A stretch of DNA of 64,000 nucleotides from Macrostomum hystrix (GCA_950097015.1 CATNEN010000007.1:12214001-12278000), one strand, 5' to 3'. Shown: positions 12,746 through 28,217, numbered from the stretch's first letter. Notes: generated from the letters alone by a model not told the origin. Made by a program: numbers and translations.

Positions 12746-15700
12746 TTAAGAAACTGTAGCCTGCCGCGTGAGGCCGCGAGCCGCCCTCACTGACGACCGC
12801 AGCCGCTCTAGCCGGTCGCCAGTCGCCGATGTTACCAAGGACGTGCGCCGTTGCTGCTGCTCGTCACCGTCGATCGCGTCCTCTTTGAACCCATCACCTT
12901 CGCCGCCCTCCTCGCTGCCGTAGAACTCTGCGCGAACAAAACCGCGCTGCAGGGCGTCGCGCAGCTGCAGCCTCCGCCGGCCGTCCCGGTAGACGCCGCG
13001 GCCGGGATCCAGGAGGCCCCGGCCGACAGCCGCCTCCGTGGCCAGCCATGCGCCGGTGGCGGGCTCCAGCGCATGCGTCACCCTGAAGGGGCGCGAGTCC
13101 CGGCGGCCCAACCTGCTTCGAGGAGGACTGACAATGTCCTCTCCATTGCGGGCGTCTTCGAGAGGTTTGGCACTGACTACAGTCGGAGCTGCGCTTCCAC
13201 CTTGGTTTCCAGCCTCCGTTCCGCTTCCACCTTGGTTTCCATCGTTCCGTCCGCTTCCGCCTTGGTTTCCATCGTTCGTTCCGCTTCCGCCTTGGTTTCC
13301 ATCGTTCGTTCCGCTTCCGCCTTGGTTTCCAGCCTCCGTTCCGCTTCCGCCCTGGTTTCCATCGTTCGTTCCGCTTCCGCCTTGGTTTCCAACCTCCGTT
13401 CCGCTTCCGCCTTGCTCGCCCCAGGCTTTGCTCGTCTCGGAAGCCACAGGGACGGCCCGAATGAGGCCTTGGTTCATGGCTTCGATGATGGTCAGCCGCT
13501 CCCCGCTGACATTGTTCACGTGGCAGCTCCGATCGGCGCTGATCAGACCGCGGCTGAGTGCGTCGCTCAGAGACACATAGGCGCAAGCCGCATGATCTGG
13601 GGTTGGAGAGGGTGAAGCTAGCAATCCATTCCACCAACAGAATAGGCTAGCAATCCATTCCACCAACAGAATAGGCTAGCAATCCATTCCACCAACAGAA
13701 TAGGCTAGCAATCCATTCCACCAACAGAATAGGCTAGCAATCCATTCCACCAAGAGAATGGATTGTGCGTAGCAATTAGTTGTGCTTTTTCAGCTAAGAA
13801 AAAGAAATTCGGAAAAAAATGCGTCTGCGACGCAGGTGCTAAGCAGTTGGGATTTACAGCCCAGTTTCCACCAGCCGCATCTCTATTTAGGGAGAACTTT
13901 AATTAAGAGGCCGATGATGCAGCAGCGGTCGCGAAGCAGACTTTGAACGGCTGGTCCACGCGCCGCTATACCGCACTGGTGGCTGTGAAACAATGGCCAA
14001 GTCGTGGCGCATTATTTATTCAGGATATTGCCTTTCCTCTTCTAGGAGGCCAGACTTTCCTAGAAATTCTCGCCAACCCAAAGTCAGATGGACACTGCGG
14101 GCACTTCAACCCCCGAAGCACATTTCTAAGGCGCTGCTCTCAAAGAAAAATGCTCTTATTCAAAAATCATTCTCCTAAATAATTGGAGAGGCCTCTTCTC
14201 ATCTGCTGCTTTTATTTTTAGAGCTCGCTTTGTCTGCTGTTGCTCCATTGTGGCTCTTTTTTGAGAACTGCTCAGTAGGAGCGCATTCTGACAGCAGGTG
14301 AAACTATTTGGGAGAGCTGAGCTTGAGCTGTTCCTCAGAAATAAATGCTAGACTGCAACAACTGTGTCAGGCTGCTACCCTGCGGCTACTCCACTGTGTC
14401 ACTGTCACTCCTCCGAGTCAGAGCCTGTCACTCCTCCGAGTCAGAGCCTGTCACTCCTCCCAGTCAGAGCCTGTCACTCCTCCCAGTCAGAGCCTGTCAC
14501 TCCTCCCAGTCAGAGCCTGTCACTCCTCCCAGTCAGAGCCTGTCACTCCTCCCAGTAAGAGCGTGTTACTCCTCCCAGTAAGAGCCTGTCACTCCTCCCA
14601 GTCAGAGCCTGTTACTCCTCCCAGTAAGAGCCTGTCACTCCTCCCAGTCAGAGCCTGTCACTCCTCCCAGTCAGGGCCTGTTACTCCTCCCAGTAAGAGC
14701 CTGTCACTCCTCCCAATCAGAGCCTGTTACTCCTCCCAGTAAGAGCCTGTCACTCCTCCCAGTAAGAGCCTGTCACTCCTCCCAGTCAGAGCCTGTCACT
14801 CCTCCCAGTCAGAGCCTGTCACTCCTCCCAGTAAGAGCGTGTTACTCCTCCCAGTAAGAGCCTGTCACTCCTCCGAGTCAGAGCCTGTCACTCCTCCGAG
14901 TCAGAGCCTGTCACTCCTCCCAGTCAGAGCCTGTTACTCCTCCCAGTAAGAGCCTGTCACTCCTCCCAGTCAGAGCCTGTTACTCCTCCCAGTAAGAGCC
15001 TGTCACTCCTCCCAGTCAGAGCGTGTTACTCCTCCCAGTCAGAGCCTGTTACTCCTCCCAGTCAGAGCCTGTTACTCCTCCCAGTAAGAGCCTGTCACTC
15101 CTCCCAGTCAGAGCCTGTTACTCCTCCCAGTAAGAGCCTGTCACTCCTCCCAGTCAGAGCCTGTTACTCCTCCCAGTAAGAGCCTGTCACTCCTCCCAGT
15201 CAGAGCCTGTTACTCCTCTCAGTCAGAGCCTGTTACTCCTCCCAGTCAGAGCCTGTTACTCCTCCCAGTCAGAGCCTGTTACTCCTCCCAGTCAGAGCCT
15301 GTCACTCCGCACTCACTGAACACTCCTGCAATGCTGTTGCGGGTCTCCTGCTCCCTGGAATGTTCGGCTCGCGATTCGGCAGCCTCGTCGTCCTCTTCAA
15401 CAGGCTCGGTGGCACTGGACTTTGGCTGCGAAGACCACAGACTGAGGGTGGATTATTGATTACAGGCAGCGTGACGCGGCAGAGATGAGGCAGCTGAAGC
15501 CACTCACCCGTCATCCTCAGGCCCCAGAAGACCAACTTCGGCAGGCAGCTGCGCAGTCGTGCTAGCCAACTCGCGCTGGAAGACCAGGTCTAAAATGGGC
15601 TCGTCTGTCGCAAAAATTACCATTAATGCCCAAACAAAATCTCCAGCCGTGCTTAGCCGTCCTTTGGCTAAATTGATGAGCACATTCCGCTTGAGCTGGC

Positions 15701-18700
15701 TCTGTCTCTCTGCCTAATCCCCACTGCTGCTGAGTGCTGCCCACGCCGCAAAACCGCCTGTTGTCACTCAGGTGAGAAACGCGCTTGTTTGCACCCAGGG
15801 CCTGAGGCTGGGGCTGCCAGGGAAAGCGGAGGCGGCGGTTGACGACAGCTTGGTGCTGGGACAGCCTGGGCAAACACGCCCGGCAGCTCCGCGAGACAAC
15901 GGCGAGTGAGGCGACTCAGGCGGGACTTTCAGGGCGAGCCGGAACAAAGGACTAAGTGGGTAAATGGGAGGGGAAGACAAACTGGGATGGGGAATTGTCG
16001 GAATTGAATGACGGCCGGAGACGAAAGTCGGCACTTCAGCAAAAACATCGAATTTCTCTCCTGTAGAGTCATCGGTGGGGAAGGGGAAAATATCGCAGGA
16101 TTACTCATACACCCTCCCACACTTCTCACAGCCTCCATCCCACTCTTCTCACAGCCTCCATCCCACACTTCTCACAGCCTCCATCCCACTCTTCTCACAG
16201 CCTCCATCCCACACTTCTCACAGCCTCCATCCCACACTTCTCACAGCCTCCATCCCACTCTTCTCACAGCCTCCATCCCACTCTTCTCACAGCCTCCATC
16301 CCACTCTTCTCACAGCCTCCATCCCCTCTGCCTCGCCCTATTTGACTATTCCCAACTGGCAGTGGGATCTCATGCCGGAGCTAGTTCCTAGTTGCGAGTA
16401 ATAATTTCTAAATTTAGAAATTTGGCTTACCGAGAGGGTAAAATATTCGAAAATAAACAGCCTTTAAAACCCTGCCTCAGAATTGCGAGTACTTCAAGCA
16501 GTCTCCAGAAACTGTTTAACCCGGAGAATCACAATTCCCTTCTAAAAATCTAAGCGATTTGCTCCCGACTCCAGCCTCCCTGAGCTGCTGATAATTGCCC
16601 ACTGCAGCAGTCAGAGCGACTGGGAGAGACTTCTAGGTGACTCCGAAGGGCGCAGCTCACCTCCGCGAGAGCCAGCAGCCTCTTGAGGACGTCCGCGTCG
16701 GCGAATAGAAAGAACTTCGACTCCGGAAACTGCGACTTGCGGCCCACGGCTGTCGGGGGGGGGGAACAGTGGGGAAGAATCAGAGCGCTGGGAATCGCGT
16801 GGGCGGCGGCTTTGGTAATGAAACCCGATCCAACACGCAGTTCAAAGCCACTGCCTGCTTGCATTTCAAATCTCAGTGAACCTGCCCGCACACAAACTGG
16901 CAACAAAATGGCTGGCAACGCTGTTTACCCATAGCTGATCCAACATGACATCCCACTACCTTCCTTCCTCATCACCTGCATCAGCAAACAAAAACTCATG
17001 CTGTGAACTTTCCCTCAAAACTTGTAAGTTTACTCCACGATTATCAGGTAACATATTACTCAGAAAGTTACCTCAGTCGACTCAGCCTATTTCCAGATGA
17101 CACGACCACCTCACACACAATTGGACAGCCAACCTCACTCCTTAGCTCGAAAACGACCACCCCACTTTTTAAACAATCACCTAAATCCTTGGAAAACTAC
17201 CTCACTCCATAGATAACAACCTCACTCCTTAGATAACCGCCTCACTCCTTAGATAACCGCCTCACTCCTTAGATAACAACCTCACTCCTTAGATAACCGC
17301 CTCACTCCTTAGATAACCGCCTCACTCCTTAGATAACCGCCTCACTCCTTAGATAACAACCTCACTCCTTAGATAACCGCCTCACTCCTTAGATAACAAC
17401 CTCACTCCTTAGATAACCGCCTCACTCCTTAGATAACCGCCTCACTCCTTAGATAACCGCCTCACTCCTTAGATAACAACCTCACTCCTTAGATAACAAC
17501 CTCACTCCTTAGATAACAACCTCACTCCTTAGATAACCGCCACACACCTTAGATAACAACCTCACTCCTTAGACAACCGCCACACTCTTTAGATAACCGC
17601 CTCACTCCTTAGATAACAACCTCACTCCTTAGATAACCGCCACACTCCTTAGATAACAACCTCACTCCATAGATAACGCCTCACTCCTTAGATAACAACC
17701 TCACTCCTTAGATAACCGCCTTACTCCTTAGATAACAACCTCACTCCTTAGATAACCGCCTCACTCCTTAGATAACCGCCTCACTCCTTAGATAACCGCC
17801 TCACTCCTTAGATAACAACCTCACTCCTTAGATAACAACCTCACTCCTTAGATAACCGCCTCACTCCTTAGATAACCGCCTCACTCCTTAGATAACAACC
17901 TCACTCCTTAGATAACAACCTCACTCCTTAGATAACAACCTCACTCCTTAGATAACCGCCACACTCCTTAGATAACAACCTCACTCCTTAGATAACAACC
18001 TCACTCCTTAGATAACCGCCTCACTCCTCGAACAAATATATACGCTCGTATATACTAAGTGTACATTCATCTCACTGCAAGGACAACTACCTTACTCTTT
18101 CGAAATCCAACTCACTCTTTAAACATCCACTCCGTAATATATTCAGTAGGGATAAGTCGCTCACCGAGCCCCCTCTGCTCAGCCAAAAGCAGCTCGAGGC
18201 TGGCCAGACGTTCCCTGGCCAGCTGAAATCCGGGATGGGCTGCCCAGCTGCTATGGAAAATCCGCTCGAGCCGTGGCCTGACATCGCTGAAATCGTCTAG
18301 TTCTTGACAGCTGAGGCAGGCAAAGAATTTTCGCTGCGAAATGGGAAGATCAGGTAACTTGCTTAAATATAGGCTTGTTGATTTTTAGTGCTTCTAGCTC
18401 AGCTACCTCGGAATTCGAGTAGCCGTCCTTGACGCCAACCACCAGCGACCAGAACGTGGCCCGCGCCAGCAGCCTGACGCAATCGGCGAATTCGGCATCC
18501 AACAGGCGGCGCAGCTCCTCTGCTGCGTCAAGGGCCGGCCGGCAGGGCGGCGGCAGCAACAGAAGCGGTGCCGGCAGCAGCAGGTCCTGGCCGCGGAGGC
18601 TGCGGGCTCGCCACAGCCAGCTGTCAGAATTGTCTAGCAGTTGCAGCTCCTCGTCAGCGAACACGGTCTCCTTCAAGTTGGAGCAGAAAAAGAGCTATAA

Positions 18701-20990
18701 ATCATTCTTCATTCACTCTACCCTCAGTGTACATTCATTCCACTGCGGGAGAGGGTCTAAAGATAATCTCTACCCCCAATGTACAATCATTCCACTGCGG
18801 GCGAAGGTCAAGAGTGAATCTCTACCCCCAATGTACAATCATTCCACTGCGGGCGAAGGTCAAGAGTGAATCTCTACCCCCGGTGTACATTCATTTCACT
18901 GGCGGAAAAAGTGGCGGAGAGAGAACGCCTAAACTAAGTTTACATTTCTTTGCAAGGGGGGTCATTGGATGGAACCTTATTATCAGCAAACTCCCAGAGA
19001 AATCTGGCGAACATCAGTAGCTCACAAATTCTTCAGGCCGGTCGGCCAGCCTGGCTGAGTAGGCCCCCAAGCAGCGGCACCACACGGCTGTGGCGCCGAG
19101 GCCTGCTTCAGCGATGGCTCCCGGCCGCCGCAGTTGGCAGGGCGAGATTTGTCTAGCCCGTTGGCACAGCTGCTCGGCTTTGAACTGCCACATGCGCAGA
19201 GCTCGGAACATGGCCTGGCCGGATGAGAGGAGGGCAGAGACTTGCACAATGAGATCTTACTTCTGTAGGCTACAGACCCTCCTGTGTAAACAGATTCTAT
19301 AGATGTGAAACTGACTTTCATGCTTATATCACCCGGACCTGCCTTAGACACTCTGGCTCATGTTGCCTTGTCTCTCACCTGCGCCTCATCAACAGTATTT
19401 TTGAATTGATCGGCCGCTGCTGCAGACATCGAGTCACTGGCCAGGCCGACCCACTTCGCTAAACGGCCTCGCGCAGCGAACAGGCCCGCCGGTGCGGCGG
19501 TCCGCAGCAGGCGGAGCTCGCGCTTAAAGGCGACGAATTCGGCTGCGTGGCGCAACTGGCAGGCGGAGCTCTCGGCCAGCGTGGCCAGCTCGCCGGCTCC
19601 AGTCCGCAACGTCGACGCGTCGAGAAACAACCCCCGACCAACGGCTTCCGGATCTTCGTCGTCTCCCTCGACTACAACCGATGGCGAAATCGATGAGAAC
19701 GAATTTGGCGAAGTGTCGCTCAAGGCGGCGGCATCGAGTAGGGCGAGCTCCGAGTGCATCGCTGCGAGCTGCGGGGACGCGGTGGTAAAAGTTTCTTCTG
19801 CCATCCAGTCCATGACCATGAGTGAGAAATCGGGGAGACACTGAGGTTCAGGGAAACACTGATTTTTAGGGCGACAGTGATTTTCAGGGCGACACTGAGG
19901 TTCAGGGAGACACTGAGGTTCAGGGAGACACTGAGGTTCAGGGAGACACTGAGGTTCAGGGAGACACTGAGGTTCAGGGCGACACTGAGGTTCAGGGTCA
20001 GGGCGACACTGAGGTTCAGGGTCAGGGCGACACTGAGGTTCAGGGAGACACTGAGGTTCAGGGCGACACTGAGGTTCAGGGAGACACTGAGTTTCAGGGT
20101 CAGGGCGACACTGAGGTTCAGGGAGACACTGAGGTTCAGGGAGGCACTGAGGTTCAGGGAGACACTGAGGTTCAGGGAGACACTGAGGTTCAGGGCGACA
20201 CTGAGGTTCAGGGAGACACTGAGGTTCAGGGAGACACTGAGGTTCAAGGAGACACTGAGGTTCAGGGAGATACTGAGGTTCAGGGAGACACTGAGGTTCA
20301 GGGAGACACTGAGGTTCAGGGAGACACTGAGGTTCAAGGAGACACTGAGGTTCAGGGAGATACTGAGGTTCAGGGAGACACTGAGGTTCAGGGAGACACT
20401 GAGGTTCAGGGCGACACTGAGGTTCAGGGAGACACTGAGGTTCAGGGAGACACTGAGGTTCAAGGAGGCACTGAGGTTCAAGGAGACACTGAGGTTCAAG
20501 GAGACACTGAGGTTCAGGGAGACACTGAGGTTCAGGGCGACACTGAGGTTCAGGGAGACACTGAGGTTCAGGGCGACACTGAGGTTCAGGGAGACACTGA
20601 GGTTCAAGGAGGCACTGAGGTTCAGGGAGACACTGAGGTTCAGGGAGACACTGAGGTTCAGGGAGACACTGAGGTTCAGGGAGACACTGAGGTTCAGGGA
20701 GACACTGAGGTTCAGGGAGACACTGAGGTTCAAGAGCGGAAGCATTTGGGGCCCAGATGTGAAAAAAGACAGTCCTATCTCTCAATCCTGCCAGGAACTC
20801 ACAGTCAGCCTCTGCGCCGCCAGCTCCACGGCGGCCATTGTGTCTGTCAGGTCCGGGTCCAGGCGTCGGTGCCCCGCCTGAGAGGCGGCGGTGTCCGCCT
20901 TCAGCTCGTCCAGCAGCGATGCCTGGCGAGGACTATTGAAGGGAAAGATTCTACGCTGCTCCATCTCTGGCTGGTAGATTTTCTGCCTGC
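12746..20990 (-). CDS. Compact plakin-family protein (plakin-domain segment with SH3, C-terminal plectin repeats); exons include ~20990-20803, 19840-19379, ~19213-19026, 18670-~18400, ~18310-18166, 16749-16662, ~15441-15317, 13596-12746; 5' end and some internal exons unresolved
   Basis: AEQLCQRARQISPCQLRR...CLGAYS and ETVFADEELQLLDNSDSWLWRARSLRGQDLLLPAPLLLLPPPCRPALDAA match the plakin SR5/SH3 pattern; the 15317|13596 splice rebuilds SIAGVFNHAACAYVSLSDALSRGLI, a plectin-repeat motif; a second repeat set is ...EAAVGRGLLDP...LRDALQRGFV. Confidence 0.75.
13190..13413 (-). repeat. Coding 30-bp repeat, ~7 copies, encoding GNQGGSGT(E/N)(A/D) in the plakin last exon
   Basis: In frame within ORF 12746..13666, between two plectin-repeat clusters. 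Confidence 0.9.
13617..13760. repeat. 29-bp intronic minisatellite, ~5 copies, ending ~20 nt before the plakin last acceptor
   Basis: Unit gctagcaatccattccaccaacagaatag. Confidence 0.95.
14403..15308. repeat. 23-bp intronic minisatellite (gtcactcctcccagtcagagcct), ~39 copies, starting ~8 nt inside the donor at 15316
   Basis: Direct reading. Confidence 0.95.
16115..16325. repeat. 23-bp minisatellite (ccatcccacacttctcacagcct), ~9 copies
   Basis: Direct reading. Confidence 0.95.
17199..18028. repeat. 20-bp minisatellite (ctcactccttagataaccgc), ~41 copies
   Basis: Direct reading. Confidence 0.95.
18716..18905. repeat. ~52-bp tandem repeat, ~3.5 copies, intronic
   Basis: tgtacaatcattccactgcgggcgaaggtcaagagtgaatctctacccc recurs. 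Confidence 0.85.
19833..20732 (-). repeat. 18-bp minisatellite, ~50 copies, most units carrying the plakin exon acceptor (cctgaacctcag|TGTCTC)
   Basis: Minus-strand unit tccctgaacctcagtgtc; the last copy runs directly into CLPDFSLMVMDW. Confidence 0.95.
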
Positions 20991-22029
20991 TGCGAGTAGC
21001 TTTCTCAAACTTGGCACCTGCGCCAGTTCTGCGCAGGCCTTATACAGCCAAGATTGGCTCACTAGTCAGGCCACAAGACAGGAAGAAGCAAAACACGCTA
21101 GGCACAATTGGATCTCTGTGCTCAGTGCCACAGGGGTGGGCGGAGCAGTAAATTGGATTTATGAGCCGCGGTTGCAGCGCGGGCCAGTCCCCCCCCCCTA
21201 TTTTCGGCCGTGCTCGAGTGCTAGTTGCGTGCCCGCCAGTCATGCAAGATCTCGACTTCTTCATTTTACCGTTGAAGTGCGGCCCTCCAAGCCGACCTGG
21301 CTGGTCCTGGGGTGCAGCAGTTAATTTTCAATTTTTGCAATCAGCACTCGAGTCACCCTCCGACTTGAAACTGCTTCCAGTTTTCTGGCCGAAACTTAAG
21401 GGCTACTTGAAATGAGAAGCTCGTTGAATACGTGAAGCGGGGGACAATGAAGGACTTTGTTGCCAATAAAAGCTGACTGCTTTATTTCTCGGCACAGCCA
21501 ATTGGACATCGACGCCTGGACTTCTTTCCGGCCATAGACAGACGGTAGATGAACAGCGGGTTTTAACGGCTGCTGCAGTTTCTCTCCATGGCTGCGCAGA
21601 AGTCGTAAATTTGACTGCATAATTTTATTGGCTTCATTCAGTATGTGTCGATTCGTTCTCCGGTTGTTCTCACAGCTTGGGTGTGTCGAGCGTCAATAGA
21701 TTGAGTTGCTGGATAGAGCACAAGCTTTGGTCAGTGACAGCTTGTGCGCAACATTTTATGACTGAGTAAGCCCTTGTTTAATTGCCGCGTCTTCCTTGCT
21801 CAGGGCCTTAGCAGCCAACGAGCTGGGCCAATCAACTCGGCTTGCTCAACTCAGCTCATTATACGGCTGAGCAGTTGGGTGAAGTGTTTGAGCTAATAAT
21901 ATACGAGTAGATTTTTGACTTGCAACACTGCAGATACTTTGTGCTCACAGCATTGCGGCTAAATCAAATGCACACAAAAGTACAAGTTGGAAACTTAGCC
22001 CGGCATGTCACTGGCTCGAAAAAACTCCC

Positions 22030-22380
22030 AGCTTACTCTGCTGCCTCACAGCTTACTCTGCTGCCTCACAGCTTACTCTGCTGCCTCACAGCTTACTCTG
22101 CTGCCTCACAACTTACTCTGCTGCCTCACAGCTTACTCTGCTGCCTCACAGCTTCCAGATCTGCTGCCTCACAGCTTACTCTGCTGCCTCACAGCTTACT
22201 CTGCTGCCTCACAGCTTACTCTGCTGCCTCACAGCTTCCAGATCTGCTGCCTCACAGCTTCCAGATCTGCTGCCTCACAGCTTCCAGATCTGCTGCCTCA
22301 CAGCTTCCAGATCTGCTGCCTCACAGCTTCCAGATCTGCTGCCTCACAGCTTCCAGATCTGCTGCCTCACAGCTTCCAGT
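22030..22380. repeat. 20/23-bp minisatellite (gcttactctgctgcctcaca / gcttccagatctgctgcctcaca)
   Basis: Direct reading. Confidence 0.95.
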
Positions 22381-22427
22381 TTTTGGAAGTACTGGAACGT
22401 TATCGGTCTGAAAACCACATGGCTCTA

Positions 22428-24465
22428 GAACAACAAGGCATGGAACCACAAGGCATGGAACCACGTACAAGGCATGGAACCACAAGGCATGGAACCACAA
22501 AGCATGGAACCACGTACAAGGCATGGAACCACAAGGCATTGAACCGCAAGGCATGGAACCGCAAGGCATGGAACCACAAGGCATGGAACCACAAGGCATG
22601 GAACCGCAAGGCATGGAACCACAATTAGGCATGGAACCGCAAGGCATGGAACCACAAGGCATGGAACCACAATTAGGCATGGAAGCACAAGGCATGGAAC
22701 CACAAGGCATGGAACCACAAGGCATGGAACCGCAAGGCATGGAACCACAAGGCATGGAACCGCAAGGCATGGAAGCACAAGGCATGGAACCGCAAGGCAT
22801 GGAACCACAAGGCATGGAACCGCAAGGCATGGAACCACAATAAGGCATGGAACCGCAAGGCATGGAACCACAAGGCATGGAACCGCAAGGCATGGAACCA
22901 CAAGGCATGGAACCACAAGGCATGGAACCGCAAGGCATGGAACCACAAGGCATGGAACCGCAAGGCATGGAAGCACAAGGCATGGAACCGCAAGGCATGG
23001 AACCACAAGGCATGAAACCACAAGGCATTGAACCGCAAATTCATGGAACCGCAAGGCATGGAACCACAAGGCATTGAACCGCAAATTCATGGAACCGCAA
23101 GGCATGGAACCACAAGGCATGGAACCACAAGGCATTGAACCGCAAGGCATGGAACCGCAAGGCATGGAACCGCAAGGCATGGAACCGCAAGGCATGGAAC
23201 CGCAAGGCATGGAACCACAAGGCATGGAACCACAAGGCATGGAACCACAAGGCATGGAACCACAAGGCATGGAACCACAAGGCATGGAACCGCAAGGCAT
23301 GGAACCACAAGGCATGGAACCACAAGGCATGGAACCGCAAGGCATGGAACCACAAGGCATGGAACCGCAAGGCATGGAACCACAAGGCATGGAACCGCAA
23401 GGCATGGAACCACAAGGCATGGAACCACAAGGCATGGAACCGCAAGGCATGGAACCACAAGGCATGAAACCACAAGGCATTGAACCGCAAATTCATGGAA
23501 CCGCAAGGCATGGAACCACAAGGCATTGAACCGCAAATTCATGGAACCGCAAGGCATGGAACCACAAGGCATGGAACCACAAGGCATTGAACCGCAAGGC
23601 ATGGAACCGCAAGGCATGGAACCACAAGGCATGGAACCGCAAGGCATGGAACCGCAAGGCATGGAACCACAAGGCATGGAACCACAAGGCATGGAACCAC
23701 AAGGCATGGAACCGCTAGGCATGGAACCGCAAGGCATGGAACCGCAAGGCATGGAACCGCAAGGCATGGAACCGCAAGGCATGGAACCGCAAGGCATGGA
23801 ACCACAAGGCATGGAACCACAAGGCATGGAACCACAAGGCATGGAACCACAAGGCATGGAACCGCAAGGCATGGAACCGCAAGGCATGGAACCACAAGGC
23901 ATGGAACCACAAGGCATGGAAGCACAAGGCATGGAACCGCAAGGCATGGAACCGCAAGGCATGGAACCACAAGGCATGGAACCGCAAGGCATGGAACCAC
24001 AAGGCATGGAACCGCAAGGCATGGAACCACAAGGCATGGAACCACAATAAATGGAACCACAAGGCATGGAAGCACAAGGCATGGAACCGCAAGGCATGGA
24101 ACCACAAGGCATGGAACCACAAGGCATGGAACCACAAGGCATGGAACCACAAGGCATGGAACCACAAGGCATGGAACCGCAAGGCATGGAACCGCAAGGC
24201 ATGGAACCACAAGGCATGGAAGCACAAGGCATGGAACTACAATGCATGGAACCACAAGGCATGGAACCGCAAGGCATGGAAGCACAAGGCATGGAAGCAC
24301 AAGGCATGGAAGCACAAGGCATGGAAGCACAATGCATGGAACCACAAGGCATGGAACCACAAGGCATGGAACCACAAGGCATGGAACCACAAGGCATCGA
24401 ACCGCAAGGCATGGAAGCACAAGGCATGGAAGCACAAGGCATGGAAGCACAAGGCATGGAACAAT
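22428..24465. repeat. 15-bp minisatellite (ggcatggaacc[a/g]caa), ~135 copies
   Basis: Direct reading; source of the MEPQG/MPCGS ORFs. Confidence 0.97.
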
Positions 24466-25658
24466 GGAGCAATGCTATTCAATCTTCATCGCACACGCTG
24501 CGCACAAATGAAAATAGATACCTTTTTATCCTTCAATTAGTCATTGGATTTGAAGAAAAACTTGAGTTTGCAATTGCGAACGGAGATTTCGAGGCGGATA
24601 AGTCTTTCAAAAATGAATTGTAGAAAATGTAAAAAGCTACAATTTTCTGCGCATTAAACTGCCGAGATCATGTGCAGAACTAAAAATGCCTACTGTTTAA
24701 TTTAGAATTTGCATTCATCTGGGAAATCCTAGACTGAAAATTCGCTCAGAAATGACTGATTGGACACGAATCCGACAGCCTGTGCTGTTAAAGTACATTC
24801 ACCATGCTCACACATGTGTATTATGCGAGAGCCTACATGATTTCACATTCTACAGTGCTGTCTCGATGCAAATGAAGCTTAGTTTTCTGTTGCTAACCAA
24901 GCATGCAAATAATATGCAAAAGTCTTGTTAAGCTTGCATTTTAGAAGCTTGGGCAGAATTCAGTTCAGTGACGCAGGGTTAATCGCCAAACATTCTTGGG
25001 TCGAAGTACATTGCATGAAATCTAAGCCTGCCAGGCTAAATTATACTGAACACACTTTATCAAACCGCATTGAGAGAGATTGAATTCGCAGTCTCTTGGT
25101 GACTTGCTTTTGGTAGAGCGACACTGCCTGCCGACTTCTGCGAAAGAAGTGGACAAACTGCAGTTTACAGTGACAGATAGCACTGTTTTGCTAGCTTTAT
25201 GCATCTGATTTTCACCTGTTCAAGTGCAGAACTGATGCCTCTTGCCTGCACAGCACCACAGAGATCAGTCTACTATAAATCCAAATCTCCCACAGATCAG
25301 CTTCACACAAGTCCTAATCTCACATTCCCAGTAGTCACAGATCTCATCTGATCTACAAATTAGTCAAAAGCAGTTACTCAAAACGTTCAACATGCACCTG
25401 CTGATTTAGCAATTCATACAAGCAGTGAAGTCGAAGAAAAGACGAAAAACCAAAAATGTTTGCACAAAGGTGTTATTCATTACTAAGATGTTCAACCAGC
25501 TTTGAGAATATATTTACGAATCAGTGTTCACTCAATCATTAGCCGGATCATTGACCCTACGGGGTTGCGGCTGCCATCGTTCAATTTATTAGTTAATAGA
25601 AACTGCTACTGCTAGATCGCAATAGTCTGCTACTCAATCACATGCTCAAGAACCAAGC

Positions 25659-27338
<1,680 letters not shown>

Positions 27339-28217
27339 TTTGCCTAGCTTAGTTCTTGAAACGAGAATCGAGAGTCAAATTGCAAGTAGAGCAGTACGAT
27401 GCCTATAGAGACACTGCTTGTCGATAAAGAACCCTGCCCACTGGAAAGGCAGGCTGTTTTATACCACGATTCTAGAATTTTCCGCTGTCGTTTTGGAAAC
27501 CGACGCGAGGGGGAGAGGGAAACGCCCAAATGTACATCGCCATGTGCGCACGGGCATCGCCAGAACCAATTGCGGACCCGCCCAAGGCCAAGTCACTCCT
27601 GTGATTCACTAGAGAGCGAGGAAAAGGAAGGGCTCGGGAGCGAGATCCGGTTCAAACCAGTTTTGGCCAGGCGGAGTCCGCGAGCCCATGCATTTCTAAT
27701 CGCGAGCCCAAGCTCAAAGTAAGGAGGGAAGGAAATCAAGTGAGAGGATCAAATTCCGCCTGGCCCACTGTCTCTACAGTTTGGCCAGACGAGTTTTTGG
27801 CTAAAGGATTTTTAGCTACAGAATTTTAGCTAAAAACAAAAAACTCCACGCAACAGTTAACTGTGGCATTGGTCGGGACTCGGGACGGGACGGCATCGGG
27901 ATTGGCAATAAATTCGATTATAAGAAAAGGGCATGTTCACGCCTCACGGACTCTGTATTTTTGCTAAGCAAATAGAAATGAAAATTTGGAGATTGATCGT
28001 TACCAGTTTGTTTGTTTAGTTTTTTATACACTTTAACAATAGAACAGTGCCTCCAGCAGCAACAGCTCGCTGCGATCCCCAGTTAAACTGGCTCCCCGTC
28101 GTAAGCTAAGATCTAAGAGCTAAGAGCTAAGACGTGAGCGTCATGCGCTCCGGCAGCCGCTTGCCGCTTGCTTTACCTGCAGGACAGGACGTCAGATCAG
28201 GATCGATAGGGTTGAGC

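Noticed and set aside
21396-21620. Possible first coding exon of the plakin
   Set aside because: Could not find a donor/acceptor pair joining it in frame with confidence
22321-24623. Long MEPQG / MPCGS / VPCLV ORFs
   Set aside because: Translations of a 15-bp array that is open in several frames on both strands and has frameshifting variants; no unique coding context
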